From Nemertoderma westbladi (Eukaryota; Animalia; Xenacoelomorpha), in the NCBI GenBank assembly GCA_032718475.1, contig JAUCBJ010007475.1:1-64000 (forward strand): a stretch of DNA of 64,000 bases, in the 5' to 3' direction. A program made the translations under genes and the position numbers. Below are positions 63,283 through 64,000 of this stretch, piece by piece (the first letter of the stretch is position 1; each line of letters begins with the position of its first letter). The notes under the pieces were generated by a model. The model had not been told where the DNA came from and did not search any database. It saw only the letters and a program-made list of their open reading frames with translations.

Positions 63283-64000
63283 ATCTGATATTGATATCAT
63301 CAGAGTGACTGTAGTTAGTTGTTGTAGGAGATTCATGCTACAGTCTTGCTACCACCTGTACTTCTAAAATGTCCTGTTAATAATATGTACTTTGACGATA
63401 TATTGTATATTATTCTATTATCATTAGAACCACCTATTGCAAGCGCTTTCTTATTGGTTGAATATTCAATATTTTAATCGTCCAATCAGAGAGTCAGAAA
63501 CTTCTCGAGATTAGGATGTTGTAACACAGGAGGCAGAACATCATAATTTCAAGCGTTTCTGATTGGATGACTGAAATATTAAATTATTCTACCAATAAGA
63601 AGGCGCTTGAATTAGGAGGTTCCAATGACACTAATAAAATGCATTTGTTTTGTTTTATGCATTGTCAGATTGTTATTGTTTTTACATACATACATAATAA
63701 CAATGACCGAACGTAATCAGGATCGAATGTAAATAGTTATTACGTATCGAACGTAACTGCAATTATGTTACATTGGATCCTATAACTATGTTACATTCGA
63801 TCTACAAATTACTAAGCTCGAATGTATCATTGCCATTTACAGATTTAAAGGAGCAGATTACAGAGGCGTGTTGGGGGAACCAAAACAATAAACGAAAGTT
63901 AACACATGTTACAAGATTATGCAGGTTACTTTTATTTAAAGGCTGAAAGGAGCAGGTTACAGCTTACAGAGGCGTGTTGGGGGAACACATGTTTCAAGAT

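Larger units (their letters stand above)
52666..64000 (+). repeat. Segmental duplication, copy 2, expanded by nested MITE insertions
   Basis: Homologous blocks 52666-53624, 57979-58328, 59172-59244 and 61342-64000 are collinear with copy 1. Confidence 0.93.

Overview
AT-rich eukaryotic DNA, probably from an invertebrate animal, made almost entirely of nested transposable elements; no intact host gene is evident. In order it contains: a Penelope-like element (RT + GIY-YIG) with a hammerhead-like motif; LINE fragments and MITEs; a Merlin-like remnant carrying three histone-type stem-loops; BEL/Pao LTR element A (7464-19004); an intronless TOP2-YTHDC1 chimera joined by fold-back palindromes; a modular satellite; BEL/Pao LTR element B (37613-50846) nested in a deleted GalEa-type Copia; and a ~4 kb segmental duplication with copy-specific insertions. 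The best candidate for an undescribed system is the pair of divergent BEL/Pao elements. Both carry, at the env position, a homologous ORF combining a DEDDy-like 3'-5' exonuclease with zinc knuckles. Both also lack a tRNA PBS and instead have a PBS-position sequence complementary to their own LTR, suggesting Tf1-like self-priming. All calls come from reading motifs by eye; no searches were run.
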